This document shows positions 36,223 through 49,552 of a DNA stretch of 64,000 bases, piece by piece (the stretch's first letter is position 1; each line of letters starts with the position of its first letter). The position numbers and the translations under genes were made by a program. Source of the DNA: Chiloscyllium plagiosum (lineage: Eukaryota); the NCBI RefSeq assembly GCF_004010195.1, contig NC_057760.1, positions 426,408-490,407 of the forward strand, written 5' to 3'. The notes under the pieces were generated by a model. That model was not told where the DNA came from. It worked only from the letters and a program-made list of their open reading frames with translations, and did no database searches.

Positions 36223-36722
36223 NNNNNNNNNNNNNNNNNNNNNNNNNNNNNNNNNNNNNNNNNNNNNNNNNNNNNNNNNNNNNNNNNNNNNNNNNNNNNN
36301 NNNNNNNNNNNNNNNNNNNNNNNNNNNNNNNNNNNNNNNNNNNNNNNNNNNNNNNNNNNNNNNNNNNNNNNNNNNNNNNNNNNNNNNNNNNNNNNNNNNN
36401 NNNNNNNNNNNNNNNNNNNNNNNNNNNNNNNNNNNNNNNNNNNNNNNNNNNNNNNNNNNNNNNNNNNNNNNNNNNNNNNNNNNNNNNNNNNNNNNNNNNN
36501 NNNNNNNNNNNNNNNNNNNNNNNNNNNNNNNNNNNNNNNNNNNNNNNNNNNNNNNNNNNNNNNNNNNNNNNNNNNNNNNNNNNNNNNNNNNNNNNNNNNN
36601 NNNNNNNNNNNNNNNNNNNNNNNNNNNNNNNNNNNNNNNNNNNNNNNNNNNNNNNNNNNNNNNNNNNNNNNNNNNNNNNNNNNNNNNNNNNNNNNNNNNN
36701 NNNNNNNNNNNNNNNNNNNNNN
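36223..36722. other. Assembly gap, exactly 500 N
   Basis: Counted N run; the round size is typical of a scaffolding join of unknown length. Confidence 0.95.
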
Positions 36723-39700
36723 CCTGTGCTGACACATGATGCCTGTCTACACTGAAAGCCTTTTGCCTCCATGTGGCCCCCATCCCTCTGTTCCCTCCCT
36801 GTTCATGTCTCTATTCACCTCTGACACACTTTACCACCCTTTCAACTCCTTTAAATGTCCCCCTTTTGCCTTCATGTCCCCCAGTAATTGACATTTCTAC
36901 CCCTACCTCTTGTAATTTTGTAAATATCTGTCAGGCTCCCCCTCCGTCTCTGACGTTCAAATGGAAACAAACAGAGTCATACAGCTCAGAAACAGACCCT
37001 ACGGCCCAACCAGTCCAGGCCGACCATAATCCCAACCTAAACTAGCCCCACCTGCCTGCTCCTGGCCCACGTTCCTCCAAACCTTTCCTGTTCATGCCTT
37101 TTAAATGTTATAACTGCACCTACATCCCCATCACTTCCTCTGGGTGCCCTTCCCACTTGGGAACCACTCCGTGTAAAAATGCATTCTTAAAATTGTTCTC
37201 CTCTCGCCCTGAAAATATCACCCCTAATCCTGAGATCATCCGAGTAAAAACCACACCTGCCATTCACCTCTTCTGTGTCCCTCATGATCTTATACGGCTT
37301 GATAAGGTCACCCCTCAGCCTCCTCCGCTCCAGTGAGAAAGTTTGCAGCACCCGCCCCCCCCCCACCTTATAACTCAAACCCTCCACTCCCAGCAACATC
37401 CTGTTCAATCTCTCCTCACAGCTAATACTCTCCAAAATCAGGCAACAAACATCCTGACAAACCTTTTCTGTGCCCTCTCCACATCCTCCTGCTAGTGTGA
37501 TCACAGCTGTAGGCAAGATCCCAAATTGTGGAATATTGAAATTCACAATATCAAATGGCCTGAAGTTCTGTACAGCAGCAACATGACGTGCCAATTTTTA
37601 TACTCTGTGCCCTGACCAATGATGGCAAGTATGCGATAAGCAGCCTTGATCACCTTATGTTGCCACTTCAGGGAGCTGTGGACCCACATGCCTGTATCCC
37701 TCTTATGTCAATGCTTCTCAGGGATCTGCCATTTACGTATACTTCTCTCCTGCATTAGACCTTCCAAACTGTATCACCTCACATTTGTCCGTATTAAATT
37801 CCATCAGCCATCTCTCCGTCCAAAGTCCCCAGCCTACCTATAATCCTCGGACGATTCTCCTTATTATCTGCAGGTCCCCTAATCTTTGTGTCGTCTATGA
37901 ATTTACTAATCAGATCATCTACGTTCTCCTCCAAATCATTTATATAATTTTACAAGGGGGCCAGCACTGGACCCTGGGAAACACCACTGGTCATATCTCC
38001 AGTCAGGAAAAAAAACCCTTACCATTGCTACACTATCAGCTATGACTAAGCCAGTTCTGTCTCCCTCTTATGAGCTCACTGTGGATGTCCTCTTTTATCT
38101 ACCAGCCTGCCATGAGGGACATATCAATGGCCCTTGCTTTCCTTATCACTGACGTCAGGCTCACTGGCCTGTAATTTCCTGGATTGTTCTCAATAAACAA
38201 GAGAACACCACTGGCCATTCTCCATTCCTCTGGGCCCTCTTCTGGGACCAAACAGGATACATTATTCAGTTACAATATGGGATGATTAAAGGGTATGGGG
38301 AGAGAGTGGGGCAATGAGATATGTTTGGGGATTGTTTCGTGGGCAATGGCTATCCATTCCCAAACTAATCCCACTGTCCCCCTCTCTCCCCATAGCCCTG
38401 CGTCAATCTCCAAACCAATCCCACTGCCCTGCTGTCTCCCCATAGCCCTGTGAGCTACACACTGGCACTACCTTCCATAGCAATCCCCAAACTAATCCCA
38501 CTGCCCCGTTGTGTGTCAATCCCCAAACTAATCCCACTGCCCTGCTCTCTCCCCATAGCCCTGCATCGATTCCCGAACTAATCCCACTGCCCCCCCCTCT
38601 CCCCATAGTCCTGCGTCAATCTCCAAACTAATGCCACAGTCATTCCCCCTAGCTGTGAATGTGGACAGGGGTAGTGCCAGTGTGTACTGAGCTTTCTCAT
38701 GGTACTTTAGCCTTCTGGGTGTGCTATGCAGCAGTTTCAGAGCTGGCGTGGCATTGGTAGCTGGTGTTCTAACAAAAAAAAACCCCACCGTTCAAAAATA
38801 CCTGTGAGTCTTGAGATAAATTAGCCAGTGAGGGGAACATGCCAACCGCACGCATTATTTAAATGAAACATCTTGTACCAAAGGCTGAGAAAGATTGTAT
38901 TTCCTGGGGCCACTGTTAAGTAAAGACATCTTCTCTGAGCCCACGAATGAAGGCAGGAGATGGGGCTGTTTTAAATCGTGAGGGGCATGGGTAGGGTTAA
39001 TAGCCTGGGATAGGAGAGTCCAAAACTAGAGGGACATCGGTTTAAGATGAGAGGGGAAAGATCTAAAAGACACCCGAGAGGCAACTTTTTCACACAGAGG
39101 GTGGTGCGTGTATGGAATGAGCTGCCAGAGGAAGTGGTGGAGGCTGATACAATGACAGCATTTAAAAGGCACCTGGATGGGTATATGAATAGGAAGGGTT
39201 TAGAGGGATATGGGCCAAGTGCTGGCAAACGGGACTGGAATAATTTAGCATATCTGGTCAGCACGAATGAGTTGGACAGAAGGGTCTGTCCCCTGCTGTA
39301 CATCTCTCTGACTAAACTGAAGACCCTCACCCTGGCTCCCGTTCTGTGAAATTCCCCCCTGCACCTTCTCTATGGATCTCAACACCTTCCCTATGATGTC
39401 CAGAACTGGAAACAACACCCAGCCCAAGGGATTCAGCAAGGTTGAGTTTGGCACATTTCCTCTTGTACGCTCTGCCTCAAATAAAAGTGAGGATCCTGTC
39501 TGCTTTTTATTTAAAATATAAAATATTCCCACAAGAGCTCTGCAGTAAAAAATTCCAGATTCAATCCCCTTGGAGAGAAGGAGTTCCTCCCCATCTCTGT
39601 CTTCAATGGGGTAACCCTTACTGCTTGATGATACGCCCGGGTCCTAGACTTTACCCTCCCCCCCCCACCAATCCACATGGGAAACAACATCTCCACATGT

Positions 39701-40577
39701 CCCCTGTCAATTCCCCTCCCCAAGAATCTTGTATGTTTCAGAAATAATGAGGAGCAGCGTGGAGGACTCAACATTGAGTTCTCCAATTGCAAATAACCTC
39801 CCTTCCCAGCCCCTCCCCCTGCCTTCCACTCCTTCCTCCCATTGACCAACCAGGTCATACCCTCTACCTGTGTTCACCTATCCCCACTTCACCACCTTGT
39901 CCATGCCACCCCNNNNCGGTGTGGACTTGTTGGGCCGAAGGGCCTGTTTCCACACTGTAATGTAATGTAATGTAATCTCCTGATGCTGCCTGGCTTGCCG
40001 CGTTCTTCCAGCGTCCTGCCTGGCTACCTCAGATTATGAGGGGGCAGATTTACGCTGTTGAGGAAGGACTGTTCCCCTTGGTAGAGGGATCGGTTATGAG
40101 TAGGTGTAGATTTAAGGAAGATTTCGAGCGGGATGTGAGGCAATTCATTCTCACCCAGGTGGCGGTGGGAATCTGGAGAACACACAGTCTGTGAGGGTGG
40201 TGGAGGAAGAAAGTACATGAACAGGTTTTGGGGGGTATGGACCAAGAGCAGGGAGGGAGGTGGGATTGGTTTAGATTGGGATTATATTCGGTACGGACTG
40301 ATTGCACCGATGGGTCTGTTTCCGCGCTGTAAGTATGCCAGTGCTACGGGGCAAATGGGACTGGGATATTTGGCGGGGCGGGAGGGGGAATTTCAACTCA
40401 GTGGGCCGAACGGCCTTCGCCGGTGCTTTGTAGAACCTCTGACTCGGCCTTCGAAACGGCTTTGTAGAACCTCTGACTCAGAGGGTGGGGTGGGGAGGGG
40501 GGGGAAATACTGCCTCGCCACCTGGCCCAGGTCTTTGTGGGTGCCAGCCTCTAATTATCGCCCTCCCATGCCCACAG

Positions 40578-40660
40578 ATAAGCTGTGCCAGACCAAAGAG
40601 GAGAACATGAACATGCACCAGATGTTGGATCAGACTCTGCAGGAGCTTGACCATTTATGA
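40578..40660 (+). CDS. TPM3: Tropomyosin terminal exon 9d (DKLCQTKEENMNMHQMLDQTLQELDHL*), probably TPM3
   Basis: ccctcccatgcccacag| acceptor, phase 1, 83 nt to TGA. The KEEN..HQMLDQTL.EL pattern is that of tropomyosin exon 9d. The paralog is assigned from DKL..TKEE and proximity to RPS27/RAB13. Confidence 0.8.
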
Positions 40661-41314
40661 AGCGTTGCCATTCGCTTGGTCGCCGCGTCTGGCTTGCCCT
40701 GACTCCCCGCCCTGTACCTCAAACGCCAATGCCCCCTCACCTCCTACTCTCGCTTTCCCCGCTCTCTAACCCCCCTCCCCACCCCTCCCCGTGTCAAAGG
40801 TCACCTGCGTTGCCAAGTGGATCAGTGGGAGCTGGCTGGGGTTGTTGGCTGCGGAGCTGAGCAGGTCACCGGCTGCTGGATCTGTTTCGATAGCGCGGTC
40901 ATTTCTTCCCTTGGTTGTCGTTCATCTTCCACCCTCGTCTCAAACCTTCTTACGGGAGTGTGTCGACCCTGCCCTCCCACTCCACGTTCCCAGCAGGGGA
41001 ATGGGGAGGGTGGGTGGTGCTTTCGGGAAAGTCCCAGGGATGTGGATGGAAGGAAGGGAGACGAGATTTGAAAGGGTACAGTTCCGTGAAGAATTCCAGT
41101 CAGTCCATTGGCGCCGTTTCTCACTGAGTGGACTCTGCAGCGCTCCCCCCACATGAATTGATTTGGTTCTGAACATCTGTCTTCTTCCTCACACCCACCC
41201 ATTCCTGCTCTCCTTGGTGCAGAGACAGAATCTGAAGACGGAAAAATGGTGTGCCACCTTTTGGAATCCAGTTAACAGGCAGCTAGTAACAAACCGACCG
41301 CCAGTAACCTGCAA

Positions 41315-42385
41315 CATCAGCCCCTTGACTTACTGCCCAGATAGATGCCACCATCAGCCCCTTGACTTACTGCCCAGATAGACGCCACCATCAGCCCCTT
41401 GACTTACTGCCCAGATAGATGCCACCATTAGATCCTTGACTTACTGCCCAGATAGATGCCAGTGTCAGCCCCTTGACTTACTGCCCAGATAGACCCCACC
41501 ATTAGACCCTTGACTTACTGCCCAAATAGACGCCACCATCAGACCCTTGACTTACTGCCCAGATAGACGCCACCATCAGCCCCTTGACTTACTGCCTAGA
41601 TAGATGCCAGTGTCAGCCCCTTAACTTACTGCCCAGATAGATGCCAGTATCAGCCCCTTGACTTACTGCCCAGGTAGCTGCCACCATCAGACCATTGACT
41701 TACTGCCCAGACTGATGTCACCATCAGCCCCTTGACTTACTGCCCAGATAGACGCCACCATCAGTCCCTTGACTTACTGCCTAGATAGACGCCACCATCA
41801 GTCCCTTGACTTACTGCCCAGATAGACGCCACCATCAGCCCCTTGATTTACTGCGCAGATAGACGCCACCATCATCCCCTTGACTTACTGCCCAGATAGA
41901 CGTCACCATCAGCCCCTTGACTTACTGCCCAGATAGATGCCACCGTCAACCCCTTGACTTACTGCCCAGACTGACGTCACCATCATCCCCTTGACTTACT
42001 GCCCAGATAGACGTCACCATCATCCCCTTGACTTACTGCCCAGATAGACGTCACCATCAGCCCCTTGACTTACTGCCCAGATAGACACCATCATGAGCCC
42101 CTTGACTTACTGCCCAGATAGATTCCAGTGTCAGTCCCTTGACATACTGCCCAGATAGATGCCACCGTCAGCCCCTTGACTTACTGCCCAGATACACGCA
42201 CCATTAAACCCTTGACTTACTGCCCAGATACACGCACCATCAGACCCTTGACTTACTGCCCAGACTGACGTCACCATCAGCCCCTTGACTTACTGCCCAG
42301 ATAGACCCCACCATCAGCCCCTTGACTTACTGCCCAGATAGATGCCAGTGTCAGCCCCTTAACTTACTGCCCAGATAGATACCAC
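41315..42385. repeat. 37-bp minisatellite, about 29 copies
   Basis: Unit catcagccccttgacttactgcccagatagatgccac; period 37 (41315, 41352, ...). Confidence 0.95.
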
Positions 42386-43454
42386 ACCTGACAGCCAGAA
42401 CTTCAAACCGTCTCCAGCCCCTCTTGTCCCCTGTGCCAACAGCCCAGAGTCCGGTCCGGTGAGGTCTTCCAAAGTCGCTTTGTGTTTCAAGGGTCCACAG
42501 TGATTGCGGGGCGCCAGAGACCCAGTGGCTTGTTGGGTATAAACGGACTCTCTCCCAGCCCGATACACTGTGAGTGGATTATCGAGACCACCCCGTTTCC
42601 CCACCTTTCTCAACCTGCTCCTGCCAAAGCCAGTCTCTCGTTCTGCACGAGAGAACCCAGTGCCATTTCAACAGTCAGTATTGAGATGGTTAGCCAAGCC
42701 CACGCTCCCTCTGCTCTGCCCCCTGTTTGAGATGCAATTAGAGTCATAGAGATGTGCAGCACAGAAACAGACCCTTCGGTCCAACTCGTCCCGTGCCGAC
42801 CAGATATCCCTACCCAATCTAGTCCCATTTGCCAACACCTTGCCCATATCCCTCCAAACCCATCCTATTCTTGTCCCCATCCAGATGTCTTTTAAATGCT
42901 GTAATTGTACCAGCTTTCACCACATCCTCTGCGTGAAAAAGTTACCCCTCAGGTCCCTTTTAAATCTTTCCCCTCTCACCCTAAACCGATGCCCTCTAGT
43001 TCTGGACTCCCCCACCCCTTGTCTATTTACCCAATCGATGCCCCTCATGATTTTATAAACTTCTATCAGGTCACCCCTCTGCCTCTGACGCTCCAGGGAA
43101 AACCTACTAATGGAACCAGGTCTTCCAAACTGGACTGGACAGGAGCTGATCGCTTAACAGCACAGCCCCTACTGGGCAGACTTCACATTGCAGCTGTCCC
43201 TCTCATTGTCGCACTGGCATCCCGAATTCTGCAGGAGGTTCAGGGTGTTGCGGGCGCTGCTCAGCCTGGCCGGGAGGTTGACAGGACCTACCCCATTGCT
43301 TCTGGGTAAGTCGGTGGCTGCTGCCGTTCCTCTGAGCTTGCTGTGTGGCCAAAATGAAGGAAAGGATGGGGCTCCCAGTCTGAACCTTTCTGCACCCAAA
43401 CCTTGCTGAAGCACGGGTGCAAGTTGGGACAAATAATCAAAGAATCCCTCCAGT

Positions 43455-44212
43455 GCGCAATAAGGCCCTTTGGCTCAACAAGTCCACACCGACCTTCCAA
43501 GACCCCCCCACCCCCCCGCCATCCGATTATCTTATATTTACCCCCTGACTAATGCACCTAACCAACACATCGCTGGACACTATGTGACAATTTCCCATGG
43601 CCAATCCACCCTAACCTGCACATCCCTGGACACTACAGGACAATTTAGCATGGCCAACCCACCCTAACCTGCACATCCCTGGGCACTATGGGACAATTTC
43701 CCATGGCCAATCCACCCTAACCTGCACATCCCTGGGCACTATGGGACAATTTAGCACGGCCAATCCACCCTAACCTGCAAATCCCTAGGCACTACGGGAC
43801 AATTTAGCATGGCCAATTCCCCCCTAACCTGCACATATCAGGACACTATGGGACAATTTAGCATGGCCAATCCACCCTAACCTGCACATATCAGGACACT
43901 ATGGGACAATTTAGCATAGCCAATCCACCCTAACCTGCACATCTCAGGACACTATGGGACAATTTAGCATGGCCAATCCACCCTAACCTACACGTCCCAG
44001 GGCACTATGGGTAATTTACATAGTCAATCCACCCTAACATGTACATCTTTGGACTATGGGAGGAAACCGGAGCACCCGAAGGAAACCCACGCAGAAAAGC
44101 AAGGAGAATGTGCAAGCTCCAAACAAGACAGTCGGCTGAGGCTGGAATCGAACCCAGGTCCCAGGCGCTGAGAGGCAGTAGTGCTAATGATGGTGCCACG
44201 ATGCTGCCCTCC
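43455..44212 (-). mobile_element. HE1-like SINE with about 8 internal 53-bp repeats
   Basis: SINE head on - near 44200, V-domain, and tandem modules at 43588-44050. Confidence 0.85.
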
Positions 44213-44867
44213 AAGTCACCTGAATAGCAGCCAAAGCACCAAGCAACAGTGATGTAGTCCAGCTAGACTTCGATTGAGGAGGGAAGACTTTGAGGAAGAG
44301 GATTATAGTTGGAAGTATCCACCTTCTCACAGCATGAACCAAACCACACAGGGAAGAGGGATGTTTTACCAACTCTGTACTCCGGTGTCCTTATTAATTA
44401 AAGCAAGCCAATGGTGTCTGTGTTCCCCTCTCCCACCCATTGCTTTGCCACTATCCTTCCTGGTCTGCACCCACTGCCAAAGCTCTTGACATTCAAAGCC
44501 AAGCACCTGGTCAGGTCCTGAAAATTTTTTTTTTAAAAAAGCAGCTACGATATTTTTATACTTCAGGTCTTAAATATAAAAGAGAAGGTATTTATTTGAA
44601 ACTGTATGTAAAAATGAATTAAATTAGACCCATCCTCTGCAGGTAAGACATCAGGATTTTAAATGTGCACAATTTACTCATGGGCCAATCAACTGGATGT
44701 GTCCTCAGGAGAATAAAAATTGGTGTAATGATTTGTTTTTGTTTAAAAAATATAGTTTACAGGAGAGGACCAATCTCTGGTATTTGTTGCAATGTGTTCT
44801 AACAGGCTTTGAGTTTAATAAAGCATATCTGCTCTAGAGTGAATGTTCTTTCATTTCAGCTTATCTT

Positions 44868-45035
44868 TGGAAGCACTAGCTTTCAGAGCGCTGCTCCTTC
44901 ATCGTCCCTAGTTACCTGATGAAGGAGCAGTGCTCTGAAAGCTAGTGCTTCCAAATCGACCTGTTGGACTATAACCTGGTATTGTGTGATTTTCAACTTT
45001 GTCCATCCCAGTCCAACACCGGCTCCTCCACATCA
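44868..45035. mobile_element. Penelope-like pLTR fragment with an inverted pair of hammerhead motifs
   Basis: CTGATGA-aggagcagtgctct-GAAA-GCTA at 44916-44944, with its inverted copy at 44869-44903. Confidence 0.75.
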
Positions 45036-46183
45036 CACCTCTTTAGTTAGCTATACTTTCACTGCAGCAAGTTTACTATCAGACACTGATGTGTACCATT
45101 CTCAGCATCTTCTGGTCATCAGGTTTGAATAGGAACAGTCATTCACATGAAACCTATAAAATAGCTGCAGCATCACTCATAGAGGAAGGCTGCCTGTCCA
45201 CTGTCCCCCATCAAGCACACACACACAGGATGGGCAGAACGGGGTTAGATACAGAGTAAAGCTCTCTCTCTCAAACTGAAATTAAAGCTCCATCTAATCA
45301 CAACTGAATTGTAATTGAATAAAGACGTTCACAACCAGGGATGAGGAGCCTTCAAGTCATCAAACTATACAACGTCTTCACGATTAAACATTCTGTGGTG
45401 ATACATTCATGGTACTGTCTGATTGATTGCCAATTTCCTATCATTCAGGCACTGTCTGTGGCCAACACCACCAGCAGTAACTGGGTAGAATCGCATTGAC
45501 CCATGTCCCTCCTTTTAAGATTTGATTCCCTACAGTGTGGAAACAGGCCCTTTGGCCCCAACAAGTCCACACCGACCCTCCAAAGAGCAACCTAATGCAC
45601 CTAACACTATGGCAATTTAGTATGGCCAATTCACCTAACCTGCTCATCTTTGGACTGTGGGAGGCATGGGGAGAATGTGCAAACTCCACACAGACAGTTG
45701 CCTGAGGCTGGCGCTGTGAGGCAGCAGTGCTAACCACTGAGCCAAACCATAATCCTTTAAACTGAGTTGCAGATAGTTTTCCACACCCAGTAGCTAATGC
45801 TCATGGGATGGTGGAAATTAATGAATTGGATGTTGGAAAGTGATAATGTCAAGTTTACGAATGAACTTGCAAGTTGCATTTGGTGCTTTGCAGCAAATAT
45901 TTTCAGGGATTTCCATTGGACGTTCGTTTGTAAGAGGCCCACAGGTATGTTGATTCTTCCATGCCTTTACTGTGTGTGATAAAACGTGAAGCTTTGAGAC
46001 AGAAGCTGTCATGGAATTTGAGACTGCAACCATAACTGAAATACCAGCAGAAGCTGGCAACTTAAAGATCGGTGCAATTTTTTAAAAGCTGTGCAATAGA
46101 ATGCTGCTTTTCGAAAGGCACGAGGGGGTAAATTCACAACTGAGTGGCACATAGATTAAGGAAATGCTGCTTGCCAATACCTT

Positions 46184-46795
46184 CTGCAGACAGGCAGGAG
46201 GCTGGAAGAACACAGCAAGCCAGGCAGCATCAGGAGGTGAAGTCAATATTTCCCCTTCAGGACTGGGGCTGGGGATGAGGGGAGATGCAGATAAAGGGGG
46301 TGGAGGTGTGAGGGAGGGTTTGGGTTAGGAAAGGGGGGTAGGTGAACACAGGTAGAGGGCACAGCCTGGTTGCTCGGTGGGAGGAATGAATCAGGTTGGG
46401 AGCTGGAAGGGAGGGTTGGTCAGGGGAATGGAAGGGAGGGGGAGGGGCTGTTAGAAATAAGTCGGGGGATGGGAAGGGCGGTTATTTGAAACCGGATAAC
46501 TCAACGTTGAGTCCTGCAGGCCGTAGGCTGCCCAGGCTGAAGATGAGGTGTTGTTCCTCCAATTTGTGGTCTGATTTGCTGCGGTAGTGCAGGAGACTGA
46601 GGACAGTCATGTCAGAAAGGGAGTGGGAAGGGGAATTAAAATGGGTGCCCCTCTCCCTACCCCAAGCCCTTCTTCCCAGCCCTAAAGAAGGGTTACACTC
46701 CAAATGTCGACCTCTCCACCACCTGATGCTGCCCGGCTCACTGTGTTCTTCCAGCCTCCTGCTTGTCTACCTCGGATTCCAGAACCTGCAGATTT
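46184..46795 (-). mobile_element. Penelope-like fragment (second family) with GIY-YIG C-terminus and inverted ends
   Basis: ORF 46482-46703 reads HFNSPSHSLSDM..KLEEQHLIFSLGSL.PAGLN.E. Inverted terminal arms at about 46184-46240 and 46715-46770. Confidence 0.8.
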
Positions 46796-48889
46796 TTTTT
46801 TTACTCTTTTCCCTGCCAATAACTTCTGATCGGTTGAGTTATAGACCGAGTGTGTGTCTGGGTAGCTGAGAGACAGACTTCCAGAGCTTATGAACAGAAA
46901 GCATCGCTCTCTCTCTTTCTCTCCATCTGTGTGGGCAAAGCGAATTCACAGAAGAGCTGAACAGAAAGACTTTGAGCAAAAGAGGTCGGTCCACTTGGTA
47001 AACGATCAAGTTGAAGTGACAGAGGACAGCATGTCATGTTGCTCAATGAATAACAATGTCCAATTTTACGCTGGACTTCTGATCTTCAACATGTTTAGTC
47101 TGCCTACATTCTTCACTCTCCGTCGTGTGTGCGTTAAGCCATCCGTCTTAACTGTTGATTGCGTGTCTGGGGTTGTTACTTTTTCTCTTACTGACGAAAC
47201 TTGGTGTGAGTTGTTGTCCTGAACAACAGTCAGTCAGACAAACCAGTCATTTCGTTGGGTCTGATTAGGATTTTACACATTTGGTGATGGTTTGTGGAAC
47301 ACTGAATTTTAGAATGAGAAATAGCTTCAATTGTCATATGTACTCAAGTACAGTCTCACAACAATTGGCATACCCTTGCCAGTTAAGTTGTAACAGCTAC
47401 CAGCTCTCATGAATTTGAAAAGTGTCCTTTTGTCTCTTTCATTTGAAAGGAGTCAGGTCCTGCATTTTAAGTCTTGCATTAGCACGAATGTTTCACCAGA
47501 TGGCACTAGATAGCCAAAGATTCGTGAGTTAGGTATTTTCGTGGAACTGAATTGGTCATAGTCATAACAGCATAGAAACAGACCCTTCGGTCCAACCAGG
47601 CATAGAGCTGTCCAGCACGGAAACAGACCCTTCATCCAACTTGTCCATGCCGACCAGATATCCTAAACTAATCGAGTCCCATTTGTCCAGCACTTGGTGG
47701 CTCAGTGGCTAGCACTGCTGCCTCACAGGGTCACAGGTTCGATTCCAACTTTGGGCAACTGTCTGTGTGGAGTTTGCACATTCTCCCTGGGTGCTCAGGT
47801 TTCCTTCCACAGTGCACATTCTCCCTGGGTGCTCAGGTTTCCTTCCACAGTCACAAAGATGTGCAGGCCAGGTGAATTAGCTGTGCTAAATTGTCCATAG
47901 CATTAGGTATATCGGTCAGAGGGAAATGGGTCTGGGTGGGTTACGCTCCGGAGGGTTGGTGTGGACTTGTTGGGCTGAAGGGCCTGTTTCCACACTAAAG
48001 GGGATCTATTCAATATTCCTCTAAACCCTTCCTAATCATGTTCCCATCCAAATGCCTTTTAAATGTTGTCATTGTGTCAGCTTCCACCACTTTCTCTGGC
48101 AGCTCATTCCATACACGTATCACCCTCTGTGTGAAAGCGTTGCCCCTCAGGTCCTTTTTAAATTTTTCCCCTCTCACCCTAAACCTATGCCCTCTAGTTC
48201 TGGACTCCCCACCCCAGGGTAAACACCTTGTCTGTTTATCCTATCCTATCATGATTTTATAAACCTCTATAAGATCACCCCTCAGCCTCCGACACTCCAG
48301 GGAAAACAGTCCCAGCCTATTCAGCCTCTCCTGACAGCTCCAACCCTGGCAACATCCTTGTAAACCTTTTCTGAACCTTTCAAGTTTCACAACATCCTTC
48401 CGATAGGAAGACCAGAACTGCACATAATATTCCAAAAGTGGACTAACCAATGTCCTGTACAGCTGCAACATGACCACCCAACTCTTGAAATCCCCCATCC
48501 TAGGGAAAAGACAAGTACCATTAACCATATCTATACACCCTCATGATTTCATAAACTTCTATAAGGCCTGCAAAAGATTCCAAACTTCCCTGGCCACGTG
48601 TGTGTGTGTGTGTGAAAGTTTCCTCATCTCAGTCTCCCGCAGGGGCTTTTACACGTCGACTTTGCCTCAAAGTTTAAAATTCCCCAACCAGGCGAAATTA
48701 TTTCTCACTGCTCATCTCGATATCTTGCAATTAAATCACCGCTAAACTCTGCTGCACTTCAGGAAATACAAACCCAGCTTTATTTTGTAATCTCTTTTAA
48801 ATGACCTCCCGTGAGCACGTGCACCATTGTGGTAAGCATACACTGCATTTCCTCCAGGGTTAAAGTCTCCTTCCTAAGGTAGCCACGAT

Positions 48890-49545
48890 GTAGAGGTGCC
48901 GGTATTGAACTGGGGTGTTGTACAAAGTTAAAAATCACACAACACCAGGTTATAGTCAACAGGTTTATTTGGAAGCACTAGCTTTCGGAGCACTGCTCCT
49001 CCATCAGGTGGTTGTGGAGTGTAACATTATAAGACTGTAAGACAGAATTTATAGCAAAAGTTTACAGTGTGATGTAACTGAAATGATAAATTGAAAAGGA
49101 ATGAATATGTTGACTTCAGTTCTTTCACATGTAAATCCCAGAACTTTTTTTTAAAGTTACACTCTCAAGTGACTTCAACAATAGGTGCCATACCAGCCCA
49201 GATAATGCATTAAAGGTGTGAGGTGCCCTCTGTGAGGCTGTCTGCGCCCCAATCTTCAGATTGATTCCTTTTCTAGAAAAAAGGATTGACAGAATCTTAC
49301 ATGGATTTGTGCAGTTTTTGAGCAAAATAAAATGTAGTTTTGCAAGTACAAATTCACACCACAAACTTATATGCGTGTGCGAGTCTAAAGGGGTATAAGT
49401 CTGTGAGTGGGTGCATGTGAGAGTGTGGGAGTATATGTGTGAGCGTATGAGAGAGAGTTTGTGTATGAGAGTCTACGTGAGTGAATGGGTATGTAGGAGT
49501 GAGTGTGTGTGCACGTGTACGCGTGCGCTTGTGTACGTGTGTGTA
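48890..49545 (-). mobile_element. Penelope-like 3'UTR/pLTR, same family as 25640-26725
   Basis: Reverse-complement similarity to 26230-26725; hammerhead-like motif at 48979-49007. Confidence 0.8.
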
Positions 49546-49552
49546 CACAAAG

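Noticed and set aside
36079..36783. ORFs spanning N runs (also 11373-11756 and 33175-33456)
   Set aside because: Artefacts of translating assembly gaps.
41315..42385. 37-bp repeat array as a CRISPR array
   Set aside because: The units are contiguous with no unique spacers, there are no cas genes, and the context is vertebrate.
47066..47218. Minus-strand acceptor plus 50-codon frame (DNNSHQ...KIRSPA*) as a terminal exon
   Set aside because: No recognisable homology or partner exons; a frame this long can occur by chance.
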